From positions 1 to 38,845 of the forward strand of contig JBHIFL010000041.1 of the NCBI GenBank assembly GCA_046761065.1: a DNA stretch of 38,845 nucleotides. The letters run 5' to 3'. The translations under genes and the position numbers were made by a program. Below are positions 1 through 9,349 of this stretch, piece after piece. Source of the DNA: Candidatus Heimdallarchaeota archaeon. GTDB taxonomy: Archaea; Asgardarchaeota; Wukongarchaeia; Wukongarchaeales; JBHIFL01. Each line of letters begins with the position of its first letter. The first letter of the stretch is position 1. Below the pieces are notes generated by a model. It ran no database searches, had not been told where the DNA came from, and was given only the letters and a program-made list of their open reading frames with translations.

Positions 1-80
1 AGTAAAAGCTGGAAAGAAGCTAGAAAGAAGCCCATAATATCTTGAGATTGGGATCGCAATCTTTTGGTAGCCAATCCGTA

Positions 81-114
81 GAAGCCCTAACGTTTTAACG
101 TAGGGAACAGTCAC
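81..114 (+). mobile_element. Probable right end of an IS200/IS605-family (TnpB) element
   Basis: GAAGCCCTAACGTT-TT-AACGTAGGG hairpin followed by AACAGTCAC. This resembles the GAAGCCC...hairpin...TCAC pattern of IS605/IS1341 right ends. The element body would lie left of the window. Confidence 0.6.
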
Positions 115-2987
115 CAGAAATCTCTCGTCTCAGCAAATTTTCGTTCCGCTTCCAGTATTGCGCGAATAAAGTCCGGCCACTCGCTGTAAACTGAGCGTAA
201 TACCCTAGCTGCTGTTTTCGGACCAATGCCTACCCCAGCGAGTGCAATTATCGCACGTTTGCCATGTGTAATAACAAGTTCTGCTGATTGAAAGGCCCGA
301 TCCAATTTCCGGTTCTGCTCGTCCTCTATTTCTCTTTTATGCTTCCGTGCATTGAACAAGCGGCGGAGATCCCGCGCCCCTATGTGAACTGCGGCTAGAT
401 ATCTACTCCCACAAAATGGGCATTTTGGATGATCTTCAAGGGTTTTAATAGTCCGTACAGCTTCATATTGACCGCACCAAAAACAAATCAGCCGGGCTTT
501 GGAATTCAATAAACGTTTTTCGACAATTTCAAGGATCACCCGCCGGGGCTGATCTGGCCGAACAATTTCCACCGAGCCCCCACTGTAATCGAGGAGGATG
601 GCCTGACTGAGTGGGGACATTGATTTTATATGACCACTTTCAAGTGTTTGGATGTGCCGTTTTTTATTTTGAAGCGAGTTAAGGACCTGAATCGCTTGTG
701 GAATGTTAAATTTCTCAAAAAAAATCTCATTAAAAACCTCTTCTTCGATGAGAGTACCTGCAAAGATCCGCGCGAGTTTACGGATTGGAATATTATAGGA
801 TACAAAGGGTTCCTTAATGACCCCAAAACGCGTTGTCACATGGAGAAATCTCCAGTTATAAAGGTCTGTAAAGCGAAGCGCCTTTTTTAATAAGGGTTCT
901 ACATATTCGGGTGTGATTTCTTCCAGAACCGACTTAATAAAGCTGGCGGAAAGTCGTCTGGGTGGTTGTATGATTAGTGCATAAGCGGTGGCTTTTACTG
1001 CCACACTTTCCCCGAGCCGTGCGGTCAATAATGCGCCCATTAATTGAGCGAGTGTCTCATTCGTTCGGTTTCCAAAACAGGCATGAATCATAACAAGGGT
1101 ATCAGTGGCCTCAATAAGGAGAGTCTCATCTGTCGGGATGACTGCCCTTTCTGAGTGTTCTTTGATGCTCTCTTCTACTATCTGCACGGTTTCTTTCGAA
1201 ACTGGGTATGTGTGGAGCGATGGAACAGTCCCTGGTGTGTTGGGTCGGGCTAGTTCTGCTCGCAGCTGTCCAACTTCTTGTGTCACCTCAAAGGGTACTG
1301 GAATGAGCTCTCCAATCCAACTGGGCGGAGCTGCTAGCGGATTTGAGAGGGATTCGACAACTACCGTTTGTTTTTCGTGTTCGAGCCTTAGGACTTTCCA
1401 AGCGTGTCCACGCATCACAAAAATTTCCCCCGGGGTCGCGTGGGTAGCGACGAAGGTCGCATCGAGTGTCCCAATTGGTTGCCGGTCTCTAATGTTCTCC
1501 ACTTTAAATTTCCTTTGACTTGGAATCGTTGAGAGTGTTCCAAAATAGTAGCTATGACTACCACGTCGCAAACCAAGGGTTATAGAGGCTATATCCTTGT
1601 TATTTCCTTCTTTCCAGATATATTTTAACTCCTGGAGTAGCTCAATAACCGCAAACAATTCATTTGACGAGAGGTCACGGAACGGGGCCGCTCGCCTAAC
1701 TATCTGATAAATGTCTTGAAAGGACATTTTCCCGTGATCTAGTAGGATCCCGATTATCTGGTGAGCTAACACATCATAGGCTTTCTTATAGAGGCGAGTA
1801 GGTTCCAATTCGTTTCTTAAGGCGCGTTGAGCTATGACCATGGCCTCCAATGCGTCCACAGGATCAGGAGAGATGATAATTCCTTCACTCACACCCTCTA
1901 TTGAGTGGCCTGACCGTCCTACTCGTTGAAGTAGTCGTACCACTTGGCGTGGACTCATAACCTGAATGACTTTTTCACAATAGCCGATATCAATACCTAA
2001 TTCGAGACTTGAAGTCGCCACAATCAGATCTAAGGTGCCTTCACGGAAGGCCTCTTCCGCTTCAACACGAACATCTTTGCTTAACGAACCGTGATGAATA
2101 CTGTGGGTTATCCCCGCTTTTAGAGTCTGGAGGCGGGATGCAAGGGTTTCCGCATGGGCGCGGGTATTTGTAAAAAGTAGAATGCTCCCATTCGAGTCAT
2201 TGACGACTTTAATAATCATCTCAAGAGTGGCTCTTACCTCAGGTGTTAGTTCATCTTCATCCCGGGATGAATACTCTCTCTCCACCTGTGGCTGGGGAAG
2301 GATTACCTTTAGCTTTGTTTTTTTGATGTCTACAATTTCCAGAATTTTTGTTGGTTTTCCCGGGTTAAGAAAATCTGCTACAATTTCAGGATTTCCAACA
2401 GTGGCAGAAAGTCCTATTCGTTGAAACTCTGTTCCAGTTCTTTCTCGAAGGCGTTCGAGTGCGATGGAAAGTTGTACTCCGCGTTTATTATCAACTAATT
2501 CATGGAGTTCGTCTAACACCACCGCGAAAACATGACGGAGGTGTTTACCCATTCTTTTTGCAGGTAAAATCGCTTGAAGGGTCTCCGGTGTTGTTATCAA
2601 CACATGAGGGGGATCTTTCGCTTGTTTTGCCCTTTGATAGGGAGTCGTATCCCCATGACGAACCTCAACACGGATCCCAAGATTTTCCCCAAGCTGAGGA
2701 AGGATTCGTCGATAGACGTCACGATTCAGCGCTCGAAGTGGCGTGATATAGAGAATGGCAATACGGGGAATCCTGCCCTGTTCATGGCGGATCTTTAGCA
2801 ATTTCTCAAAAAGTGGAAGGATCACAGCTTCCGTTTTCCCAGAACCGGTTGCTGAAATTAATAGAGAATCACTACCTTCAAGGATTTCTGGCATAGCTTT
2901 CTGTTGAATTGGGGTTGGCTCAGTGAACCCCATTTCCGCTAGAATCGTTTTTAGCGGATTTGAGAGAATCTCAAATTCCCCACCCAT
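111..2987 (-). CDS. lhr: Lhr-like DEAD/DEAH-box helicase with C-terminal Zn ribbon
   Basis: ATGSGKTE (Walker A), PLRALNRD, TTPETL, DELHE, LSATVGN, HHGSLS, TSSLELGID, QRVGRSGH, and C-terminal CxxC...CPxC. Confidence 0.93.
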   Translation of the reverse strand: MGGEFEILSNPLKTILAEMGFTEPTPIQQKAMPEILEGSDSLLISATGSGKTEAVILPLFEKLLKIRHEQGRIPRIAILYITPLRALNRDVYRRILPQLGENLGIRVEVRHGDTTPYQRAKQAKDPPHVLITTPETLQAILPAKRMGKHLRHVFAVVLDELHELVDNKRGVQLSIALERLRERTGTEFQRIGLSATVGNPEIVADFLNPGKPTKILEIVDIKKTKLKVILPQPQVEREYSSRDEDELTPEVRATLEMIIKVVNDSNGSILLFTNTRAHAETLASRLQTLKAGITHSIHHGSLSKDVRVEAEEAFREGTLDLIVATSSLELGIDIGYCEKVIQVMSPRQVVRLLQRVGRSGHSIEGVSEGIIISPDPVDALEAMVIAQRALRNELEPTRLYKKAYDVLAHQIIGILLDHGKMSFQDIYQIVRRAAPFRDLSSNELFAVIELLQELKYIWKEGNNKDIASITLGLRRGSHSYYFGTLSTIPSQRKFKVENIRDRQPIGTLDATFVATHATPGEIFVMRGHAWKVLRLEHEKQTVVVESLSNPLAAPPSWIGELIPVPFEVTQEVGQLRAELARPNTPGTVPSLHTYPVSKETVQIVEESIKEHSERAVIPTDETLLIEATDTLVMIHACFGNRTNETLAQLMGALLTARLGESVAVKATAYALIIQPPRRLSASFIKSVLEEITPEYVEPLLKKALRFTDLYNWRFLHVTTRFGVIKEPFVSYNIPIRKLARIFAGTLIEEEVFNEIFFEKFNIPQAIQVLNSLQNKKRHIQTLESGHIKSMSPLSQAILLDYSGGSVEIVRPDQPRRVILEIVEKRLLNSKARLICFWCGQYEAVRTIKTLEDHPKCPFCGSRYLAAVHIGARDLRRLFNARKHKREIEDEQNRKLDRAFQSAELVITHGKRAIIALAGVGIGPKTAARVLRSVYSEWPDFIRAILEAERKFAETRDFW

Positions 2988-3134
2988 TTATTCGGCCTCA
3001 GAAGGTAGTATAGTGACTATGCTTTCTCCCCGAACTTCATTCCATCTAGAAACAGTAGCAAGTTGTTGTCGGTTGAACAAAGATTTGTGTATGTTGTTCC
3101 TCTAACCCCTTTGATACTTTAACTTGGGTTAATG

Positions 3135-3368
3135 TTATTTTTGCGATAAGTACATTTGGAGTATTTTCAAATCTGTATTTTTTGTTGGGTCTCGCTCTTT
3201 AAGGATCATTTTATCGAGGAACTTCTCCGCGGCTTCATATGAATCAACTTGGACCTTCATTTGGTGAATAGTTTCCTTGATAAAAGATAGATTCGCAATG
3301 TGGGGGATGCTTCGTTCTAAAACCGTGTCCAAAAGAGCGGAGATGTTATTGTTACTCACACATCCCAC
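3135..3368 (-). CDS. Hypothetical protein (~75 aa)
   Basis: Open frame starting just after the small ORF at 3371-3487, co-oriented with lhr. No recognised motif; start uncertain. Confidence 0.55.
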   Translation of the reverse strand: MGCVSNNNISALLDTVLERSIPHIANLSFIKETIHQMKVQVDSYEAAEKFLDKMILKERDPTKNTDLKILQMYLSQK

Positions 3369-3370
3369 CT

Positions 3371-3487
3371 TTAGAGTTCTTCTTCTTCTATTTCTTCTTC
3401 ACTAACAAGGGAGTATGCGAGGGTAAAAATCATAGCTAGCACACTCAATGAAAAAGTCAATGCATAGATCTCACTATATGATACCAT
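3371..3487 (-). CDS. 38-aa single-TM protein, OST4-like candidate
   Basis: Manual translation MVSYSEIYALTFSLSVLAMIFTLAYSLVSEEEIEEEEL*: one hydrophobic helix plus acidic tail. Stops 2 nt before the next ORF. Confidence 0.6.
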   Translation of the reverse strand: MVSYSEIYALTFSLSVLAMIFTLAYSLVSEEEIEEEEL

Positions 3488-3604
3488 AGAAGCAACTCGA
3501 ATTTAAAGAATCGCTGTCCTCCTTCATTTTCAGTAAGAGGTCAAAAACTTTTTGTTCTTGAAATGTAAGATGCTGTTATTTCCCTACCTAGTGTATCACA
3601 AGAA

Positions 3605-4831
3605 GTGGTTGTCTGGATGGTGGAAAATCCTTGGAGGATAAGGCTCATGAAAGCTACAGCAATTAGAATAGACATCAATAGCCCGCTTGATCCTAAATCG
3701 GGTAAAATTCTGGATGAATGGAGGATCAAAGAGGCGGCTAAGTCTTTAAAGGAATATGAAGAGGTCCCTATAGTTGTTATGGCGCACCAAGGCCGACCTG
3801 GGGGGGACGACTTCACAAGTCTAGCTGAACACGCCAAAGTTCTTCGTAAATATCTCGAACAAACAGAATTTGTAGATGATATTATTGGTCCCACAGCTAA
3901 GGCAAGAATTAAAGCGCTTAATGAAGGGGAGATCTTATTACTAGATAACGTGCGATTTCTCTCCGAAGAGCTCCTTAAAGCCCCCCCCAAGATCCTTGCA
4001 ACCACCCATTTTGTCCAACGGCTTGCTCCCCTTTTTATGGCCTTTGTGAATGATGCCTTTGCGGCGGCTCATCGTGGTCAGACCTCTCTCGTGGGATTCT
4101 CCGAAATCCTTCCCTCCTACGTAGGTCCTTTGATGCAAAAAGAACTCTCTTTATTGAATACAGTATTGTTGGATCCAGAAACTCCTGTAGTCTTCCTTAT
4201 TGGTGGGGCGAAAGCAAGGACAAAGCTCGAACTCATCAATCACCTCTTGGGTAACAAAAAAACTGATACAATCTTAACCTCGGGGCTTATTGGACATTAT
4301 TTCCTTCAAGCAAAAGGGATCCGACTTGGGAAGGCTTCAGAAAAACTCCTTAAAAATGGAGAGTTACTAAACCTCGCCAAAACCATCTTGAAACGATATG
4401 GAGATGCAATTGCAGTACCAAGTGATGTCGCAGTGAATAAAAAGGGGGAACGAGCAGAAATCCCAGTGCAATCCCTCCCTAGTGGATATGAAATCCTCGA
4501 CATTGGCAGCAGAACGATTGACCATTACAATTCTATTATTCGAAGTGCAGGAACGGTTTGTATCAATGGCCCAGCAGGATATTTTGAAGAAAAAGCGTTT
4601 GCACATGGGACTGAGCAGCTTATAACAACGATCGCAGAAAGTAAAGCGTTTTCTGTGATAGGAGGCGGCCATTTAACTGTAGTTGCAATGAACTTGGGTT
4701 ATTATGATCACATCGATCATGTGTCCACTGGTGGAGGTGCAACCCTGGCGTATTTGGCGGGGGAGAAGCTTCCAGTTATAGAAGCGTTAAGACATGCTTA
4801 TCAACGGGATGGTCGCGACTTCCCCTTTTAA
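3605..4831 (+). CDS. pgk: Phosphoglycerate kinase (archaeal type); start uncertain (ATG 3647 possible)
   Basis: RIDINSP, AHQGRPG, LLDNVRF, FVNDAFAAAHR, GGAK, DIG, NGPAGYFE, GGGH, HVSTGGGA. Confidence 0.95.
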   Translation: MVVWMVENPWRIRLMKATAIRIDINSPLDPKSGKILDEWRIKEAAKSLKEYEEVPIVVMAHQGRPGGDDFTSLAEHAKVLRKYLEQTEFVDDIIGPTAKARIKALNEGEILLLDNVRFLSEELLKAPPKILATTHFVQRLAPLFMAFVNDAFAAAHRGQTSLVGFSEILPSYVGPLMQKELSLLNTVLLDPETPVVFLIGGAKARTKLELINHLLGNKKTDTILTSGLIGHYFLQAKGIRLGKASEKLLKNGELLNLAKTILKRYGDAIAVPSDVAVNKKGERAEIPVQSLPSGYEILDIGSRTIDHYNSIIRSAGTVCINGPAGYFEEKAFAHGTEQLITTIAESKAFSVIGGGHLTVVAMNLGYYDHIDHVSTGGGATLAYLAGEKLPVIEALRHAYQRDGRDFPF

Positions 4832-5074
4832 ACTGACTTGGACGAAACAAACAAAACGCAAAAAAGTCATGGCAGCATCGGGCAACAAGTATGATATTAG
4901 TCCCAAATTGACTCTATGACACATCTTTCAAAAAATCAAAGTAAATCTATGAATCTATTAATCTGAAAAATCGAAGGAAGTTTAATTAATCTTGGGACTG
5001 ACAGCGAAATTCGAGGTAATGGATTCTTGTTGAATGGGTATATCTAATTGCCCATCCAAGATACTGCATAAATC

Positions 5075-5201
5075 GCCACCGTAGCTCAGTTGGTAGAGCG
5101 ACAGACTTGTAGAAGCCCAACTGCTTCATGACATCTGTCATGACATGGTAACATGTCATAGGATGACTTGGTCACGGGTTCGATTCCCGTCGGTGGCTCC
5201 A
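5075..5201 (+). tRNA. tRNA-Thr(UGU) with two introns (5112-5132 at 37/38; 5138-5167 at 42/43)
   Basis: Acceptor GCCACCG/CGGTGGC+T+CCA, D-arm GCTC/GAGC, anticodon arm ACAGA-CTTGTAA-TCTGT, T-arm ACGGG-TTCGATT-CCCGT. Removing 21+30 nt gives a 76-nt cloverleaf. Confidence 0.92.
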
Positions 5202-5288
5202 TTCCCTTTTCTCATCCATAGAAGATTTATTTCTGGGGATGTACCCACGACTTGGTGGGGGTGTTATCAATTCTCGTTTGGAGGGAGT

Positions 5289-5594
5289 TTAGTCTAACGT
5301 ATAAGGTTTTCCTTTCTCAAGTACCGTTTTAGGAACCTTACCTTTCCATTTTTTAAGAAAGCTAAGTTCTTCTTTTTTTTCCCGCAGTTTATCTGGCAGC
5401 ATACTTCCCCTTGCAAGCTAAGACACGCCTCTTGCAAGTTAAGGAATGCCGTCAATTACGGGATACCATCTGTCACAATCAGGACAAACGATGAGGGCAG
5501 CATCTATTTCTTCCGTTTCTTCGAATACATGCAATTCTAACCGTTCTGACTTACAGATTGGACAAGCAAGCAGTTCCATGAGTTTTCGTTTCAA
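5289..5594 (-). CDS. trm112: Trm112-family methyltransferase activator, split by a 36-nt intron (exons 5594-5440 and 5403-5289)
   Basis: Spliced translation from TTG: MKRKLMELLACPICKSERLELHVFEETEEIDAALIVCPDCDRWYPVIDGIP-Y-MLPDKLREKKEELSFLKKWKGKVPKTVLEKGKPYTLD* (89 aa). It has the LACPxC...CxxCxRWYPxxDGIPxMLP signature. Confidence 0.9.
5404..5439 (-). other. BHB-type intron in trm112 mRNA
   Basis: mRNA: CGGCAU UCCU UA^A CUUGCAAG-aggcgugucuuag-CUUGCAAG GGGA AG^U AUGCUG. Outer helix 6 bp, central helix 4 bp (UCCU/GGGA), two 3-nt bulges, inner helix 8 bp. The unspliced frame has TAA and TAG stops. Confidence 0.88.
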
Positions 5595-5815
5595 CCTATC
5601 ACCTCAAAAAGCATAATAGCTTTGGTGTAAGGAGGAATTGCGTCTTCTAATTTTAAAGGTTCTGCTCTTCAAAGCTATTATGTTACTGCGACTTTGATTA
5701 GTGGTTCATTTGGCTGAATGGTACGATGAGGTCAATAGCAGGGTTAAATGTAGGTTTTTCACTTGAACTTTATTTATATATCCTACCTATTGTTCTATAA
5801 TAAAGGAGATTTGAT

Positions 5816-6553
5816 ATGACAATAGAAGATCTGTATTTGGAAGTTGTGCGACAACTGGAGAAGAGAGCTGACATCCAAATAGTGTCAAAAAAAATGTATT
5901 ATCATTAGAAGTCTGGATACAGATCTTACGGAATTAGGACTCCAATGCTCCGGGAGTTGATTAAAAGTCACAAGAACCGTTTTAAACAACTGAATCTTGA
6001 GGAAAGATTTGTGTTAGCGAAAATGTTTTACAAATCCGGTTTTTCGGAACAAGCGACTTTTGGAAATACACTTTTAGAATTAAGTGTTGAGAGTATGATT
6101 CCCAAGCAGATTAACTTCTTGGATGAGATCATAGGTTATTTTAATAGTTGGGCAACAACAGATTGGTTTTGTATCCTTCTAATGCAACCTTTGCTTAGAA
6201 AGCATCCTAAAGAAACTTTAGATATGCTGAGAAAGTGGAATAGTTCCGAAAATATATGGAACCGAAGAGCGAGTGTAGTCACCTTTGTTAGAAAAATTGG
6301 GGGGAGCGGCGAGTTCACGGATGAAGTGTTAGAGTTATGTGAGAACTTAATTTGGGATAAAGAAGACTTAGTGCAGAAAGGTGTCGGGTGGGCGCTCAAA
6401 GATAATATGCATGACGCTAAGGAAAGAGTACTGGATTATGTAAAAATGTTAAGATGAAAAGGCGTTCCATCGACAATTACACTTGATGCGATTCATGACT
6501 TAAAAGGCAAAGAACGCGAAGAAGTATTGAAGATCAAACCCTCGCGTAGATAG
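5816..6553 (+). pseudogene. DNA alkylation repair enzyme (AlkD-like HEAT repeat) with two in-frame stops
   Basis: One frame from ATG 5816 with TAG at 5906-5908 and TGA at 6455-6457. Motifs YGIRTP, SWATTD, W..SENIWNRRAS, DLVQKGVGWALK. Confidence 0.8.
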
Positions 6554-6686
6554 TAACATATAACATTTTCTTGCTCTAAGATAACGAAGAATATGTAGAC
6601 GTTTCAGGAAAAGAAAGTTAAAATACACTATGTTAATACTGCAGATTATTTAGAGAAGCAAGGTAAAAAACTTACTGGGTGAGAAT

Positions 6687-8492
6687 ATGCCTATATCCAT
6701 TTCAGGTTTGTTAAAAATTCCCATTATAACTGATTTCGATCTTGATCAAAATGGAAGACATGTGCTTTACTCTTCAAATGAAACCGGGATTCCTCATCTG
6801 TATCTCCTATCTGCTAAGTTGGATTCTAAACCAACGCAAATTACCAGCAGAAAAGACCCCGTAATGGCAGGGGTGCTATCACCACAAGGAGATCAGCTGG
6901 TTTACCCTCAGGATAAGGATGGTAACGAAATACATCAATTGTTCTGGCTTCCCTTAGAAAGGAGAGAGGCTAAACAAATAACCAATACCCCCTATAGAAC
7001 GTTAGGAGTAGATTGGCATCCAACTGGGAAAGAAGTTACTCGAGCTTTTACTTCGATGAAGTCGTGTGGTTTGGAAACATATAACTTGGAGACTGGGGAG
7101 TGCTTCATGCTGAAGGAGCCCACCAAACCGCTTCTAGACCTGCAATACTCTCACGATGGAAAATGGATTGCCTGTACTATAGCTGTAACTTACACAAACC
7201 AACAAGTGTTCATTGTAAATAGAAATGATCCGACAGACACAATTGGCTACAGTATCAAGGATGATTCAAAAGATGTAAGCCCGTCCTGATCTCCTGACGA
7301 TAAGAAGCTGGCTTTTGTAAGTGATGCGAAGGACAGAGGCCAAATTGTTATCCAAGGAGTTCAAGGTGAGGAAAGAATCTTTTTGGAATTGCAAGAGTAT
7401 GAAGAAGTGCCATTATATAGTCAGGCGGTTTGGAGTCCCGAAGGCGATAAGGTGTATTATGTAGTCAGTAAACACAGTCGAACCACCGTCCATGGCCATC
7501 CAATAGCCGGAGAAAAGGAAACCGCTCTACCATTTCCTAAAGGAACCGTTGCGTATATGCCATCGCCTAAAATTAGTAAAGATGGGAAAATGATGGTTGC
7601 TCTCCACTCTTCGATGGCATCTCCTTATCGGCTCTACCTGCACAAAATTGGCACTGAATCAGCAGATCTGCTTACGCCTAGAAATAATAAGGCTGATTTA
7701 ACGCAGCTTGCCCAACCCCGGTCTGTCTGGTACAAATCCTTTGATGGACTTAATATCCATGGATGGTATCTGCCGGCAGTATTCGGAACTATCCCTCGTC
7801 CTGCGGTTATATGTGCGCACGGAGGCCCATGGGGCCAAGTATTCGATGATTGGTTTGATGGGAGCATTCTACACTGTCTTTCCCAAAGTGGCTTTGCATG
7901 TTTGGCTCCGAATTTCAGGGGGTCGACAGGGTATGGGGTGGCGTTTCAAAACATGGATATAGGCGACCCGGGTGGCGGAGACCTAGAAGATGTGGTTTTT
8001 GGCGCTGAATGGCTTCGTAAACAACCAGATGTTAACGGCTCAAAACTCGCGATTATGGGGGCTTCTTATGGCGGTTTTATGACTTTGATAGCGCTTACGA
8101 AGAAGCCTGAAGCCTTTGCAGCAGGCGCCTCCCTCGTACCAGTTGTTGATTGGCTGGAAATGTATCAATTATCCGATTTCTTATTCCGTGAATTTGAGGA
8201 TACGTTATTTGGAGGTCCACCATCAGAAAAAGAGGAGCTTTACCGGGAAAGATCCCCAATCACCCACGTATCTACCATTAAAGCACCAGTCCTGATCATG
8301 GCTGGTCAAAAAGATTCCAGATGTCCAATACAACCCATAGAAAAATTCGTGAACAAATTAAAAGATATGAATCATCCATATGAGTTCATACTGGAAGAGA
8401 AAGCAGGTCATATTTCAACGTTTATGAAATGGGAAGAAAGTATTCCTCTTTTCATCCGCATAATCAATTACCTTGAAAAGATCTTAGTTTAA
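6687..8492 (+). pseudogene. S9-family peptidase (acylaminoacyl-peptidase/DPP-like) with one in-frame TGA
   Basis: ORFs 6687-7289 and 7383-8492 are in the same frame, joined by SPS*SPDDKKLAFVSD (TGA at the expected W of a WSPD repeat). HGGP, NFRGSTGYG, GASYGG, DSRCP and AGH catalytic motifs are intact. Confidence 0.85.
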
Positions 8493-8621
8493 GGTTCCAT
8501 CTTCGCGTACAGGATAGAAAAATCCAACGATAATCCGATAAACCTCTCCACTCGGAGCCGGCACCAAGGTTAAGCTGATTTCTAGCATATTTTGGCCAAT
8601 AAGCTGAGTAATAGCTGTTAT

Positions 8622-8812
8622 GTGCGGGCGGCGGTCAGGCATGTCTGAAGACTGAGGACATTGGTGTAGCTTCAAATGGGATGAATGGTGGAGTCAGGTT
8701 AACCCACCATGAGTGCCCCGCCGAAGGCTTCGAGTCCGAACGGTGGAGCAATGTTACTAAAGTCAAAGAGGGATTAAATTGGTGCGGACCATCCTCCTAA
8801 CGAACCACTAAA
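8622..8812 (+). mobile_element. Structured non-coding segment, possibly the 5' fragment of a group II intron
   Basis: Begins GTGCG. Hairpins TCAGG-CATG-TCTGA, ATGGTGG..CCACCAT and TGCCCCGCCG..CGGTGGAGCA. GC-rich within AT-rich flanks. No RT ORF or domain V seen. Confidence 0.35.
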
Positions 8813-8859
8813 AGAGAAGAAAGTAAATTGATATACATTATTAAAACCCTAAAGGTGGG

Positions 8860-9347
8860 GTGGTAATATCATAAGACTAATTGAGGAGAAGGACTATGAA
8901 GAGTTCAGAAGTCTTTTCGAAGAAGCTTATTCTGAATACTTGGAATCCTTAAGTCACGAAAATCCGCAGCAGTATCTAAAGGAATTACAAGAAAGAAAAG
9001 AGGTAACTCGTGCACGCTTTGAGTTTTATTTTCAAATGGGAAGCTGTTTTGTTGCCGAGGAAGACGGCAGGGTCGTCGGTTATGTGGCAAGCCAACTGAT
9101 ACATTTTATGCATGGTGTGGACAAGCCGTTATGGATTGAATACATAGTCGCCAAATTTACGTTCCGATGGCGAGGAATAAGCCTTGTTTTGTTACATAAG
9201 CTTATATCCTATGCTAAACACTCCGATATAAATAGGATATACACTACAATCGATCCAGATAACCAAACCTCTATAAAACTGCATCGAAAAGCTAGTTTTA
9301 ACATCCAATACTGAAAAATTGCCTCTTATTTGCTTCAGAAATCATAA
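8860..9347 (+). pseudogene. GNAT acetyltransferase, disrupted
   Basis: Frame IIRLIEEKDYEEF...FVAEEDGRVVGY...WIEYI...DNQTSIKLH lacks an in-frame start (GTG 8860 is out of frame). TGA at 9312-9314 precedes KIASYLL. Confidence 0.7.
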
Positions 9348-9349
9348 AA

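Noticed and set aside
626-3105. Short ORFs overlapping lhr, and similar antisense or nested ORFs throughout the window
   Set aside because: They are shadows of well-supported genes and lack motifs.
3569-3660. Possible 30-nt intron in the odd PGK N-terminus (GTCT/AGGC helix, ATCCT/AGGAT hairpin)
   Set aside because: Flanking helices of a BHB are missing, the segment has no stops, and no standard start lies upstream of 3605. Worth a look only if RNA data exist.
5139-5168. Long variable arm or tRNA-Sec-like reading of tRNA-Thr
   Set aside because: The anticodon is UGU, and a BHB-bounded 30-nt excision gives a normal 76-nt tRNA.
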